A DNA stretch of 64,000 bases from Azolla caroliniana (Eukaryota > Plantae > Polypodiophyta). The notes beneath the pieces were generated by a model that saw only the letters and a program-made list of their open reading frames with translations, did not search any database and was not told the DNA's origin. The number at the start of each line of letters is the position of its first letter. Within the stretch, counting starts at the first letter, position 1. This document shows, in pieces, positions 11,666-25,297 of this stretch. The stretch spans positions 19,158,001 to 19,222,000 of the forward strand of contig JBHGNT010000002.1 of assembly GCA_043228905.1 (NCBI GenBank), written 5' to 3'. The position numbers and the translations under genes were made by a program.

Positions 11666-12189
11666 ACGGTCGGCTCGACAACCGGCGTGAGAACTAGAGA
11701 GAAGGACGGTGGCGGCACGTGAACGGGATCAAGCAGAAGGGCCAAGAAGGCGCGGAACCAGGTATAAGGCCGGGGACGCGGCCATGAACTAGAACCAGAC
11801 CTGATTAGTAGGGTTAGTAGGACTAAGATCGGACACGCTTGGTGCATGAATCGGTGGCCCAACGGATCGGAGGCCCGAGAAGGATCCTCCACACCGGATC
11901 TAGAGACTTCGACGGTTGTAGCCGACAACCAACGTAAGACCAAGATACTGATGGTGGCGGCGAGGGTACGAAGGTCGTAGCAACAGAGGCACTGAGTAAC
12001 CAATGTGTCGCGAGAACAACGACGGCCAGGCGGGCCGAACGGTCAAGGGTGATCGCTCGTGGGTAGCAACATAGAAAGCTACCAAGGACACCCAAGTGGG
12101 GAGCGGTGTGTCAAGCCAAAAAATGCACACCCGGAAGCGGATCAGAAGACGTGTGTGTGGCCATCAAGGGCCGAAGTAAAGCACGGGTA

Positions 12190-13487
12190 TGGAGATCTTG
12201 CATCATCTTTGTGAGCTCGTCTATTGCCGACCATCCAGACGTTGCTTCAACCACGTCTCTTTGGGGGACAAACCTAGCATTTGCTTGCTCTCTTTCTTGA
12301 GGTGCTCTACCACCCCTAGGTTCGTGTGTCTCAGTAATGCAGCTTGTGGAAGTTTGGCCGCTCAACGGAGACCCGTCGTTTCATTCCCTTCTCTTATCGA
12401 AGTGACTACAAACCCGTTTTACCATAGCCCAATGCATTGTGAGCCCATCATCAGTTGCGAGGAGGAGCCCCACCTTCTCTCAGTCTCATGCATCAATAAC
12501 TTTTATGAATAGTAGGACCTTGCTTGTGTCAAGCACCGTCCTATCGAGAATCGAGAGTCGCGCGAAGCGCTTCTAAAATCCTTGTAGAAATGCCATAGTA
12601 TTTCTCCCCTTTTTGAAATTCTGAGTGAGTCATCAAGGCCGTACTTCTCGAGGAGTCTTTCTTTGAACCCCTCCCAATTGCAAGAGTCTGCTTGGATCTC
12701 GAGTACCTCTATGTGGATACTCAATGTTACCACTCTAGTGAATCTGGTTAGCCGCCTATCTTCGGGGACTTTTTGCTTAAGCATTTCGGCATTATAGGCA
12801 TCCAAGTAGCTCGTGGTATCTCTTCCATTAAATCGACCCGTTGTGCTGACCATCGTCTCTACGGCCCAGTCTAGGCGAGTGATGCCTTCTCAGACATTTA
12901 CCAAGTGATCCACCGCCACCACCATCGCTTCAGCAATTTCTCCTCCTCGCATCTTGAATCTCCCTTGCCGCCCTTTCACGTCGGGTCCACCAATTTATGT
13001 CGCGATGTTTCGTGCGCATGTGTTACTTGGGCGAGAACACGGGGGTCTTGGACTAGGGAGTACTGAACAGATAGAGAAGACTCGAGGTTTGCTTTACAAC
13101 AATACTACTTCCCGACCCCTTCCCAAGCAAGGGCTCGTTGCCCCTTTTGTAAGGTTGGTGGCTTTCGTCGAGTTTTCGAGATCACCGCACGAGCCAAGGG
13201 ATCAAACGGGTACAAGCATGAGCACTCAACATGAACGCACAAGGGGACAATAACACAAACACGAATGCTCGTACGTCTTTATGAGGAGGAGAGGTGCATG
13301 GGCACACCCGAAATGCTCCCTCATCACAAGACGACCGAATGTACAAGGAAGACACCAACACACGCACAAAATGCTCGTACGCCTTTATGAGGAGGAGAGG
13401 TGCACGGGCACGTCCGTAACGCTCCCTCGTCACAAGACGACCGAATGCTCGTATGCCTTTATGAGGAGGAGAGGTGCATGGGCACGC
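12190..13487 (-). mobile_element. Truncated tRNA-Trp gypsy element: LTR part, PBS and gag
   Basis: LTR end at 12998 and PBS TGGTGGACCCGACGTG (12977-12992, minus). Gag TTGRFNGRDTTSYLDAYNAEM. Tandem GCTCGTACGCCTTTATGAGGAGGAGAGGTGCA repeats in the LTR. Confidence 0.8.
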
Positions 13488-15342
13488 TGTCGTAGTGTAT
13501 TTCCTACACTACGTGAAAAAGTAAAAATAATATAACCGATTTAATTACATATAAATAAATAAAATAAGAATATCAAGATATTTATCACATGCATAGGGCA
13601 AGATTCAAACCGTGTACCTCCACGTAACCAAACCTCAACTTTACCATTATGCTACCTTATCTTTAGTGTTTTACAAATAGATTTAATAACTATAAGTGCT
13701 TTATTTGCGCCTACCTTTATTAAAAGGTAAATCATGTATTTTTAGAGTGCGTGAATATTTTATAGAAAAACGCAAGCAACTAAAAAGTGACTCATGCACA
13801 TCTAGCGTGCATGAGCACTATATTTAGCAAATAAAAGCAAGGATTAGAAAAGCACCACATGCACATTTAGTGTGCATGAACATATTAGAAAAAAAAAAGC
13901 ATGTAGCTATGCTTAGTCTCTCCCATCACTACATAAGGATGGGGAGCACAATGTAATAGGTGTGTGAAATATTTGGAAATTGGATATATTTCCGAAAACA
14001 CCAACCGATTAATATAATCGTGGGATTCACGAAAATAATATAATCTATACTTGTGGGATTCACAAGTTTCTTATATCTTTCTTTCAATCTAAATACATAT
14101 TCTTATCTAAATATTGATTAATCGAATACAATACACTCGTGGGATTCACGAAATTTCTATCTCTCTTTCTAATAATCTATTCATTACTAGCCTCATCTCA
14201 TATTCTTCTTTCTCCTAGTCCAAAACCTTAGTGGTTCCCACCCGACTCACGCAACGATCCAGCGCCGAAAGCACGACAACGCCCGAAACGCTGCCTCGTC
14301 ACTAGACGACCGAACGTAAAAGGAAGACAAAAACACATGCAAGAAAGCTCGTACGCCTTTATGAGGAGGAGAGGTGCATGGGCACACCCGAAATGCTCCC
14401 TCGTCACAAGACGACCAAATGTACAAGTGGACGTGAACAAAGAAAGAGAGGAAGAATGAAAAAAACACGAATGATATTGGCTAAAGAAATAAATACGTCT
14501 TCAATTCAAACGCAAGAGGGGCCTTTATAAAATAGGGCTTGATTACAATGTGGCAACTTCTAGTTAACCACAAGCTCAACAAAACATAAATACTAAATGC
14601 CCTTTGAGACAAGAGCAAATCCAAACGTGGTGCATGAACACGACATAGAAGAACACACAAGCACCACAAAAATACTGACCCCAACAAACCACGACCACCC
14701 GAATGGGGAGCACACGGGCTTGCAATGACGAACTGGACGAAGCAATGTCGAACCAATGAAGCTCGAGCTCATGAGCACCGTAAACGAGCACTTCGAGTGC
14801 CAAAGCGAAGAAGACGAGCACATGGCGATGAGGGGATGAAGGGGTACGAGATGAAGAGAAGTGGGGAAGAAGAAGATGAAGAGCTCCGAAGGAAAAATGG
14901 CGATAGTCTCCTCCTCCCAAAACGTCCTCCCAAATGAGGCCCAATTGACCTCCTTTTATAGGAAGAAAAGGGAGGGGGGTTACCAAATTTGTCCTCAATG
15001 CAAAAGGAATAAAATTCCTCTAATCACGCTGCATTGTAAGACCAAACTTGAACCGTGCACCTTTAACTAGGAATCAATGTGACCATCCACTAGTCCATTA
15101 ACTCTCCCTTATATAATATATAAGTCTATATCTATAAATGCATAGCCTATCTCCTCTCCAATTTTCATCTCTTCTCTCTCTTACTTTTTACACGAATTCC
15201 TGTACCTCCTTTGCACCCTTCCTTTTTCCTTTTCTTTTATATATGCACAATTTAATTTACTTTGTGTGCACACACATTGCACATGCACATTTTGACCCCC
15301 TTCGCCGGTTTTTCCCACACTCAAGCACGCCACATCACGACA
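13488..15342. mobile_element. Probable large solo or composite LTR of the tRNA-Trp family, with two tRNA-like cassettes
   Basis: Termini TGTCGTAG...ATCACGACA with flanks ACGC/ACAC. Shares a repeat unit with 13267-13487. The host sequence does not clearly resume afterwards. Confidence 0.45.
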
Positions 15343-15512
15343 ACACAAGACTACGTGAAGACATTGTGTGTAGTAGCGTTGAGAATCAAACTCAACTTCC
15401 CATAGAGACAGTGTTCACACTGGCTAGTGGACGCCATACTAGGCTAGATTTGTAATTAGTAGAAAGGGCACTTGCCCTAGATCAGTTGGTATTTAAACCA
15501 ACCCTTTGTAAC

Positions 15513-16110
15513 TATTGGGAATTCGGTCCCTCTAGATGGGATCCAAATGAGAACTGGAGGAGCCGGATTGGACGGGCCGGATGAAGGAACAGGATCCGGA
15601 ATGGTTCCGAATGAGACTAGGAAACTGGATCGAGTGAATCTAGATGGATCCGGTGTAAACCAAATCCAAGGATATATGTGTAAATATGTTTCATGGTGAG
15701 CCTATTGAGGCTATATTTGTAAATAGCCCAAAAGTCATATAAGTATAAATATGACTTAGGGCAATCACTTTACATGGTTGTGGTTGTAGTTTTTGTATCA
15801 TCGTTGTACACAGAACGTGAGAAAGAGAGAGAAAGAGAGCGAGTGAGATACAGAATTAGTTTTTGTTGTAACCACTGGTTGGCGAAGACATAGGCCTCAA
15901 GATCATTGCCTCTAAGTCTCATGTTGTACCTCCTTTCCTCATATAGTGATAGTTGGAGCTTGTGGGCTCCCGTGGTTTTTCTCTGCTAGTGTTTTCCACG
16001 TAAACATCCTGTGTTGTCTCTTCAGTGTAAGTGTACGACCTTCCACTTCTGTTTTTGTTCTTTCATTAAAGTGTTTGAGTCTTGGTTAAGGCCGAGTGCT
16101 ATTCCACACA
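15513..16110 (+). mobile_element. Copia solo LTR (same family as LTR 59997-60511)
   Basis: Shares ATATAAGTATAAATATGACTTAGGGCAATCACTTT and the start TTGGGAA.TCGGTCCCT with the reverse complement of 59997-60511. TSD GTAAC/ATAAC. Confidence 0.8.
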
Positions 16111-16156
16111 ATAACTTACTTACTGTTGCACGTAATATACAATTTCTTGTTTTAAG

Positions 16157-16194
<38 letters not shown>

Positions 16195-16278
16195 CATACA
16201 CACACATACACACAGTCCATCCTCTGCACAGAATCACTGTCGATTCTTTACATGGTATTAGAGTGCATGGTAGCTTTA

Positions 16279-19200
16279 AACACCGGGTCATTTGAAACAG
16301 GTAATATGTCGCATTCTCTTTTTCATATCTTAGCGAGATGTTAAACAATGCCTTATTTAAGCAAAATTTCAAAAAGGCACGACACATGCATATGTGGTTT
16401 ATGAAAACATAGCGAAAAATAGAACTAACTAATAACACGTCAACAAAATCATCCGACGTATATTCTATCTACCATGTTTTTGTCCAAATCTTAGATAAGG
16501 GTGTATTTGTCAATGCAAGTATAATAGTAACACGAGTCCTTGTGCATATTCTTAAAAGCATACCCCATTGAATAAGTGACTTCTTCTAATTATGTGTGTA
16601 TATTTATATATAATATATCCTAAAGCCAATTGTGAACCTTGCAATTAAGAGATAATACTATGTCAAGAGAAAATTTGCATTCACATGTGATACATGACAC
16701 CATCAATGTATAAATAAACTAGTCTACAATAACATTCCAATCATACAAGTAAATGATAGAGTATAAATTTAACTCCAATATACCCCAAATGATAAAGGAG
16801 AGTTTAGACAACATGTACACATACAAGTATACTTAATCTCTAAGTTCAATGATTGTTACATGAAAATTATAAGTAAGCTGAACTTATATATTACGTCAAA
16901 ATTTAACAATTCATATTGTTCAAAATTTACAATAAGCCATATCCATTCAATCGAATAATAAGTCTGGTAAAGCTGTCTCCTTAGGATTAGCTCTTTCATC
17001 AGGATTGTCCTCATTGGCTTCGTCAGTACGCTAAGTTGAATCATTAGTATGTTCAAACTCTGAAACGTCTTCCAATTCAACAAGGTGCCCTATGTCTTCA
17101 TCTATAGGTTCCACAGGTTCTCTAAAAGTCATCTGGAACATCTAAGTTTCATTGATATGCTTTGCCCCAACTTCTTGGCCTTGATCAGGACAGCACCAAA
17201 TACCTTGAAATTGACTTGCTCCAAGTCCTTCTCTAATGCAATAGAGTTCCTGATCATCTTTAAGGCGCATGTTTTAGTAGTACATGACAATAGAATGAAA
17301 TTGCACAGGTAACATCAAATTGAAGAATAGACTATAACGTTAATCTAAATTGATGTAAGTTTTATATTATATACCTGTGTCAGAAAACAAATCTAAAACC
17401 CATTGAAAATTTGAAACAATAAAATTTAAAAAAATAACAAATCTTGGATTTTCAATTGGAATCCAATGCGATGCACTAGATTTCAGATGAAAATCCAAAT
17501 TATTTTGTAATTTTTTAAAAAAATTCCATAAAAAAATAATAAATGGATTTTCAGCTAAAATACTATGCACAACATTATATTTTAGTCTATATAGCTAGAA
17601 TCTAATGCAATGCATTGGATTAAAGTCGAAAATCCATTTTTCATTTTTCATTTTTCAGTGTTATTTATTTATTTATTTTCCATATAAAAAAATAAAAAAT
17701 GGCTTTTCAATTGAAATCCGATGCATTGCATCAAATTTTAGTCTATATAGCTAGACATCAATGCATTGCATCAGATTTTAGCTAGCAATACTTTTTCTTT
17801 TCAATTGTTTTTCATTTTTTCGAAAATAAATTAAAATATATTAAAAAAGTGGATTTCCAACTGAAATCTAATGCAGTACATTGAATTTCAATTAAAAATC
17901 CAAATTTCTTTTAGTTTTTTCATAAAACAATTTGATAATAATTTTTTTTTGCATTTTCAATGAAAATATGAACCATTGAGTAAGATTTTAGTTGAAAATT
18001 AATGATAAATGAAAAAACAAAAGAAAAATATTGGACTCTCAACAAAAATCCAATGCAGTGCATCAGATTTCCGTTGAAAGTCCCCTTCAAAATGATGGAC
18101 TTTCAACGAAAATCCGATGCACTACATCGGATTTTTTGTTGAAAATCCTGTTGAAAATTATGTGTTTTCAACGGGAACTCATTGCACTGCATCGAATTCC
18201 CGTTGAAAGGTGCCCCCTTCAACAGGAACTCGTTGCACTGCATCGAGTTCCCGTTGAAGGGGGGAACGCTTTCAACGAAATCCATTTTATCAATTTCAAC
18301 ATATTTATTTATGAGAAAAATTTTAAAAAATATGAAATTTTGACAAAAATAAGAGAAAGTTGACTTTCAATGGAAATCTAATGAAGTGTATCGGATTTCC
18401 ATTGAAAACCCATTTTTCCAATTTTTATTTATTTATTTATGCGAAATATAAACAAATTCAAAAATAATACAAAAATAATTTTAAAAATATTAAAATTTGG
18501 TAACAAATAGCAAAAAATGGACTTTCAATGGAAAACTGATGCACATCAGATTTCCGTTGAAAATCCATTTTTTCAATTTCTATATATTTATTTATGGGAA
18601 AAAAAAATACAAAACAAATTTTAAGAAATATGAAAATTTGGAAAAAAATAAGAAAAACTGGACTTTCAACAGAAATTCGATGCAGTGCATCGGATTTCCG
18701 TTGAGAATGCATTTTTTCAATTTTTATTTATTTTTTTATGTGAAAAATAAAAAATAAAAAAAAAATAGAAAAAAATTTCACAAAACATGAAAATTTGGAA
18801 CAAATATGAAAAAGTGGACTTTCAACCAAAATCCAATGCAGTGCAATTGATTTCCATTGAAAATCCATTTTTTATGGGAAAAATAAAAACAATTCAAAAA
18901 GAAATAAAAAATAAGAAAAAGTGGATTTTCAATTGAAACCCGATGCACTGAATCGGATTTCTATTGAAATCTATTTTTCCAATTTTTATTTATTTATTTA
19001 CGGAAAAATGAAAAATGTTTATTTATTTATTTACGGGAAAATGTTTTAATTTTCCAATTTTTATTTATTTATTTATTTATGGGAAATCCATCCAATGTAT
19101 CATATTTTAGTGTATGTAGCTAGAATTCGCTACAAAGTACTATGTGTTAGTTGAAAATGCAAGAGTATTTTTTAATGGAAAATTTTTAAAACATTCCAAG

Positions 19201-20068
19201 ACTTACAATAGGAATCTGATGCACTACATTCAATTCTAAATGTATAGAGTAAAATTTGACATGCTACGTCAAATCTAGATGGAATGAATCAAATTTTTGT
19301 ATGACATCAAAGGCTTACTACGAGAATCTAAGAAAAGCGAAAAACATCTTTATGACATTTTTTAGATTCTAATGATTTTGGTAGAAAGCTTCTCTCACAT
19401 AATCAAATATCGTAAATAGAAAGTACATAATTAAATATCATAACCAAAAAGTGAGGACGAAAGATGCATCAAACACATCTACTCTTACATTGGATAATGT
19501 TTATATACTAGTGTATGACTTATCTTTGAACAAAACAAGTTATCTGCGATAGACCACAATGAAGATACTAAAAGAGGATCTGGAATGTGGCTTTAGACAC
19601 AACACAAAGACAAACAAGAAGCATGACTCATAACCTCGATGAGGTTGGATTGCAATTGGATGAAGACAATGCATTAGTTGCCATTGATGATGAGGATGAG
19701 ACCTCATAAACTCGTACTAGTTCATCTAATGGGTATGAAGATCATGGCATAAACTTGAAAAATGATTGTCCTGATACGTTAATTGTAAATATTGTATTGT
19801 ACATCAAGATTTGGATTCATGAATTTCTATAAATATTGGTGTTAATAATTTTGGACATTCATTTGTAAGTTTGGCATGTTCATTATTTACGCATTTTTTT
19901 GAACACCTAAATTCTCATACATGCTAAAAATCAGTATATTTTTGGGTCATTTTTAAAAATCCTTTACGCATGCGGCACCCGTTTTTGTGAATCACCCTAA
20001 GTTGTGTCATTTTTTGATGGACAGTTCTCAAAATGCGACATATTACCTGTTTCAAATGTCCCGGTGTT
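16279..20068. mobile_element. Non-autonomous TIR DNA transposon (3.8 kb), superfamily unresolved
   Basis: 37-bp TIRs AACACCGGG(T/A)CATTTGAAACAGGTAATATGTCGCATT (36/37 match) and 4-bp TSD TTTA. Inserted just downstream of a copia PBS. Confidence 0.88.
17445..19240. repeat. Array of roughly 14 degenerate ~50-bp palindromes separated by A/T-rich spacers
   Basis: Consensus TGGAYTTTCAACGGAAATCCGATGCA-N-TGCATCGGATTTCCGTTGAAAATCCA; clear copies near 17445, 17850, 18032, 18096, 18360, 18518, 18659, 18815 and 18922. Confidence 0.9.
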
Positions 20069-20204
20069 TTTATCCAAGCCCATCGCCTTCACGTGTGTTG
20101 TAGCAACGATTCCTGCACAACTCACATATAGATGGGATGCACTCTTCCCACCGAGAAGCTCGATAGAACAAAATTCGCATCTTGGGAGTACAAGATGCAT
20201 CAGT

Positions 20205-23200
20205 TGTTGGCATAAAAGGCCGACTCCTTCCAAGTTGTATCCGTCCAAGTGTGAACTCGTTAATAAGTTAGGGCTTAGTATATAAGCGAATATCTAACAT
20301 TGTAATGAGTGACAATGACGAGCAGACTATTGTATATCTGAGAAAGAACGAAGTAAGGAGAAGCTTCCCATTAAAGCTCCATCTATGTAAGTCTCCACAC
20401 CTATTCCATTTTCTGTATGTGTTGTTTGTTGTCCAGTACCGACTACAGATCCATACACGTTTCCGCACATATCACTCATAACCACAATTGGTATCAGAGC
20501 CGAATCTTTGCTGTTAGGCGGCAACAGACAACAGAAGAAGCTGAAAGAAAAGACTAGGTCAAAAATCTCAAGTTCACAAACGGAATATGGCTTCAACATC
20601 TGGAACAGGAGTTGAAATAAAAACAAATCGACGGCAAAAACTTTGCCTTGTGGAAGGAGATGATGCAGGATGTGTTGATCATTCGAAGACAGGTCAAAGC
20701 CATTCGGCACAATGAAAAACCTGCTTCAATGACAGTCGAGGAGTGAAGATCAACGGACGAAATTGCACACTCCACCATCCGAATACATCTGGCCGAAAAT
20801 GTCTATTTCAGCATGGCGAAAGAGACGACAACGTTCTCATTGTGGGAGAAGCTACAAGCCGTCTATGAGAAGAAGTCCTCATCTTCGAAACTGATCTTGA
20901 TCAAACAATTGTTCAACATGAAGATGAAAGAGACTGATCCGACAACCTCCCACATCAACACCTTCATTCGGGTGTTGTCAGAGCTCTCATCACAAGGGAT
21001 CAACTTCGAAGAAGAAGTGAAAGCCCTTGCCCTCCTATCGAGCTTGCCGGTGAGTTGGGAGGTATTCTGTACGACTTACGCGAATAGCCGACCGATCCTA
21101 AATCAAGACGAAACAACCAGCCAAGTCCTCACAGAGGACATCAAGTGAAAATCGATGGGACTAACCATCGATTAATCGGTAGAAGCCCATCACTTGACCG
21201 AGTCGTTCGACCGTTAGAGTCGAACGAAAGAACAAGCCGATAGAACCGGTTGTCGCTATAGCCGATCGAAAACAAGGGGTGACCGACAACGATCGAAGTC
21301 GAGAACGGACCGAACAAGTGAGTATTGTACACACTGCAGGAAAGCTGGCCACAATGTTTCCGACTACCGGTCAATAAAAAGAAAAGAGAGTGGTCGGCGA
21401 TCTAAGCGGAATCGGGGACGTTGCAACTTGGACCACTCTCTAGTCAGCAACCAGATCAATGTTGCCGACACCCGATCCGGAGAAATACTCTCCCTGGACG
21501 ATTCGATGATCGGAGAAGTCCTCTACAATGCACAAGTTGCACACACGTGGCTACTAGACTCTGATGCCACATTTCACGTGATCCCCAACGTTGAATGGTT
21601 CTCGAACTATTCAGCCGACACTAGCAGCACAGTCCGACTGGGAAACGGGTAGGAGTGCAAGATAGCCGGAACTGGGGAGGTTCCCATGAGATTGCCAAAT
21701 GGCAACACAATAACCCTACACCGAGTTCGGCACATACCAGATCAGCATGTTAGCCGAAGACGGGTATCGAACGACTCTACACGAGTCTACATGGGTGATC
21801 AGCCGAGGAAACCTCAAAATCAGTAGTGGGCATAAGTATAATAATCGATATACCCATTGATGGAGATCAACCTTGAAGGGGCCGTGAACGTGGCCGAGAA
21901 AACGGACCCAAACTTATGGCATGGCCAACTTGGCCACATGTCTCAAGCCGGACTTGATCGGTTGATGTCGGTCGGCTACATCTAGAAACTCCAGGCAAAG
22001 ACAAACTTCTACGAGCACTGTCGATATGGGAAACAGACCCAAAGTCCGCACCCTCTCCAGCTCGAGACGATACGAAAACCCCTAGAGCTTGTGCACACAT
22101 ACATATGTGGGCCCATGCCAGAGCAATCACTAGGAGGCTCCCGATACTTCATCACATTCGTAGATGACTATACACGGAAAGTTTGGTCATACTCCATCAA
22201 GTCCAAAGATGAAGCGCTGGAGGTCTTCACTCGATGGATATCTGAAGTGGAGAACCGGTCGGGACACAGAGTGAAGACACTCCGATCCGACAACGAAGGT
22301 GAGTACACCTCCATAGCCTTCAAACAGTACATGTCCGAAAAAGGGATCCGACATCAAAAGACCGTTCCTTACACACCCATGCAGAATGGGGTGGCTGAAC
22401 GGATCAACCGAACGATCCAGGAGAGGGTGACGGCAATGCTCTAGCAACCCGGACTGAAGCTAGAATTCTGGGCAGTGTACTTGATAAATCTAGCGTCGTC
22501 AAGAGGAATCAGGCTTGAAGTGCCACATGCACTATGGTCAGGCAAACAACCGACCTACAATAGGCTCCGTATATTCGGTTGCGAAGTCTACGAGTTTATC
22601 TCTAGGAACAAAAGGATGAAGTTGGCACCCCATGCAACAAAGTGCATATTTCTCGGTTATGGAACCAATGGGGACTTCGGCTACCGGCTATGGGACCCTG
22701 AGAACCGGAAATTGATCTGGAGCAATGACGTAGTCTTCAATGAAGACTATATCTTCTCTCAACGGAACCAATAGAAAACTGTGGGCAAGAAGGTATCCTT
22801 CGAAGATGACAATGTCATCGTAGACAGATCGACCCACCAGGACGAATCAGAGAGTCAAAAAATAGTTGAACTCCAACCAGCCAACAACGTCCTAGCCGAC
22901 ACCGAATCGACAATAAGTCCCAACATCGAACTCAAACACAAAGTCATCAAAGATAGAGCCAAATCGACAAAGGTCGATCAAGGCAAAGTCAACAAGGGAC
23001 AACTCAGAAAAGACTCGACAACAACCGCAGGGGAGAACAACCAGACACCGCTGAAATCCCAAATCGGGGGCGGAATACCGAACAAGACTCCTGACTCAAC
23101 TGGTTCAACAGATACCGATCATCAATCTGAATCGATCGAAGAATCCGAACCAGATATTATGGCACCCAAGAGATCTGGACGGGCTCGAAGGGAAACAAAG

Positions 23201-25297
23201 TTTTATCAACCAGGCCTCGACTATGTCAACTACACAGATGCAGGTGAACCAAGCACATATGACGAAGCTATGGCCGTACCAGACGCCGAAACATGGTTGT
23301 AGGCCATGAAATCTGAAATGGACTCGATTCATTAGAATCAGACATGGGAGTTGGTCGAACTATCAGCAGGAAGAAAGCCGCTACCTTGCAAATGGGTGTT
23401 CCAATACAAGTATGTATCCGACTCAGAGAAACCCAAGTGCAAAGCTCGGCTTGTCACGAAAGGATTCAAACAGGAACACGGGGTTGACTACGACGAGATA
23501 TTCTCACCAGTAGTTAAGATGACCACCCTTCGACTCCGACTAGTAGTCGTAGCGACAGAAGACCTAGAGCTTGAGCAGATGGACGTAAAGACGACATTCC
23601 TACACCGAGATCTGGAAGAAGACATATAAATGTCTCAACCGGCAGGCTTCACGGCGACAGGGGAGGACAGTCACCTCATATGCAGACTAAAGAAAAGTCT
23701 ATATGGCCTCAAACAAGCACCAAGAATGTGGTACCAGAAGTTCGACTCCTACATAAGGCAGCTTGGATACAACAAATCAGACTTCGACCCATGCATGTAT
23801 GTTCGGCAACTAGCCGACGAGTCCAGGATCTATCTAATCCTTTATGTCGACGACATGCTGATTGCAGGGAGCAATCAAGCAGAGATTGGTAAGCTGAAGC
23901 GGAGCCTTTACACAAAGTTCGCGATGAAGGAACTCGAACAAGCCCGACACATACTGGGCATGAGGATAGAGCGAAATCGGACGACCAAAACTCTCCGACT
24001 CTCCTAGTTCGAATACATCCGCAAGGTGCTAAAGCGCTTCAACATGGAGAACGTGAAGCCAGCATCGACACCGCTTCCGACGTCGATCAGACTATCTGAT
24101 AGAGACTCTCCTGCAACAGACAAGGACAGAGAGCTTAATGGAAAGATACCCTACGCATCGGCAGTAGGAAGTATCATGTATGCAATGGTGACGACCCGAT
24201 CCGACCTAGCCTATGTCGTAGGGGTGGTCAGCCAGTACATGTGAAACCAAGGAAAGAAGCATTGGGAGGCCACCAAGCATATCCTTAGGTATTTGAAAGG
24301 AATCATGGATGCACAGCTGACATTCAGTTCGACAACATCAACCGAAGTCAAAGGCTACACCGATTCCGACTATGCTGGAAACACGGACAATCGGAAATCG
24401 ACATCAGGCTACATATTCACCTATGGTGGTGGTGCGATATCATGGAGGTCAAAACTACAAGAGTGTATGACTCTGTCTACAATAGAAGCCGAGTACATAG
24501 CAGCATTGGAAGCAACGACGGAAGCGATCTAGCTGCACCGACTATCTGCCGACTTCGGAACTGCAAACCGAATAGACCGACCAACACTGACCATCTATTG
24601 CAACGCACAGAGCGCAATACACCTCATCAACAATCTCTTCTACCATGCGAAGAAGAAGCACATTGAGGTGCGGTATCATCATATCCAGGAGCTCGTGATC
24701 GAGAAGAAACTTGAAGTCCAGAAGATTGACACCAAGGTGAACATCGTTAATTTCCTGATGAAGCCACTCCCATATCAACGCTTCGGAATGCTAAGGACAA
24801 AGATGGGGCTACGACAAGAGACCAAGCAAAAGAAAGCCGAATGTAGAGCAGAAGGTAAGAGCTGACCGACACTCATACTATACCTCTGCCGACTCTGCTA
24901 CTTGCCGAGAGACTTGTAACATAAGACCTAGTTAAAATTGAAATCTAGGTTTACAGGGGAGATAACCCTAAGCACTTGTACATGCAAGATAGAGTAGTCC
25001 TTTTATGGGGGAGTTTGTTGGCATAAAAGGCCGACTCCTTCCAAGTTGTATCCGTCTGAGTGTGAACTCGTTAATAAGTTAGGGCTTAGTATATAAGAGA
25101 ATACCTAACATTGTAGTGAGTGACGATGAAGAGCAAACTATTGTATCTCTGAGAAAGAACGAAGTAAGGAGAAGCTTTCCATTAAAGCTCCATCTGTGTA
25201 AGTCTCCACGCCTATTCCATTTTCTATATGTGTTGTTTGCTGTCCAGTACCGGCTACAGATCCATACACATTTCTGCATATATCACTCATAACCACA
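20205..25297 (+). mobile_element. Full-length degenerate Ty1/copia element
   Basis: 282-bp LTRs 20205-20486 and 25016-25297 (~18 substitutions by eye), TSD TCAGT/TTAGT, PBS TGGTATCAGAGCC (iMet) at 20489 and PPT ATGGGGGAG. Gag, PR (WLLDS), INT (FVDDYTRK), RT (LYVDDML) and RH, all with stops. Confidence 0.96.

Larger units (their letters stand above)
5333..12150 (+). mobile_element. Degenerate gag-only tRNA-Trp-primed gypsy element (Phygy/Selgy-like), carrying two nested insertions
   Basis: LTR end CGCGACA at 5544 and PBS TGGTGAACCCGAAGTG at 5549 (complement of the plant tRNA-Trp 3' end). Gag VERVGHFNGDKVPFYLEAY continues across the TSD at 9168. Probable 3' LTR start TGTCGCG at 12006. Confidence 0.7.

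Noticed and set aside
11985-12010. Anti-PBS in the tRNA-Trp family (GAGTAACCA before TGTCGCG)
   Set aside because: Only ACCA matches the tRNA-Trp 3' end, and another Trp-family copy has a purine-rich tract at ~39285-39296
17445-19240. CRISPR-like repeat-spacer array
   Set aside because: Eukaryotic transposon context, degenerate repeats, low-complexity related spacers of variable length, and no cas genes
19380-19760. hAT transposase C-terminus as an annotated feature
   Set aside because: Only a faint resemblance with no intact motif; mentioned as a possibility only
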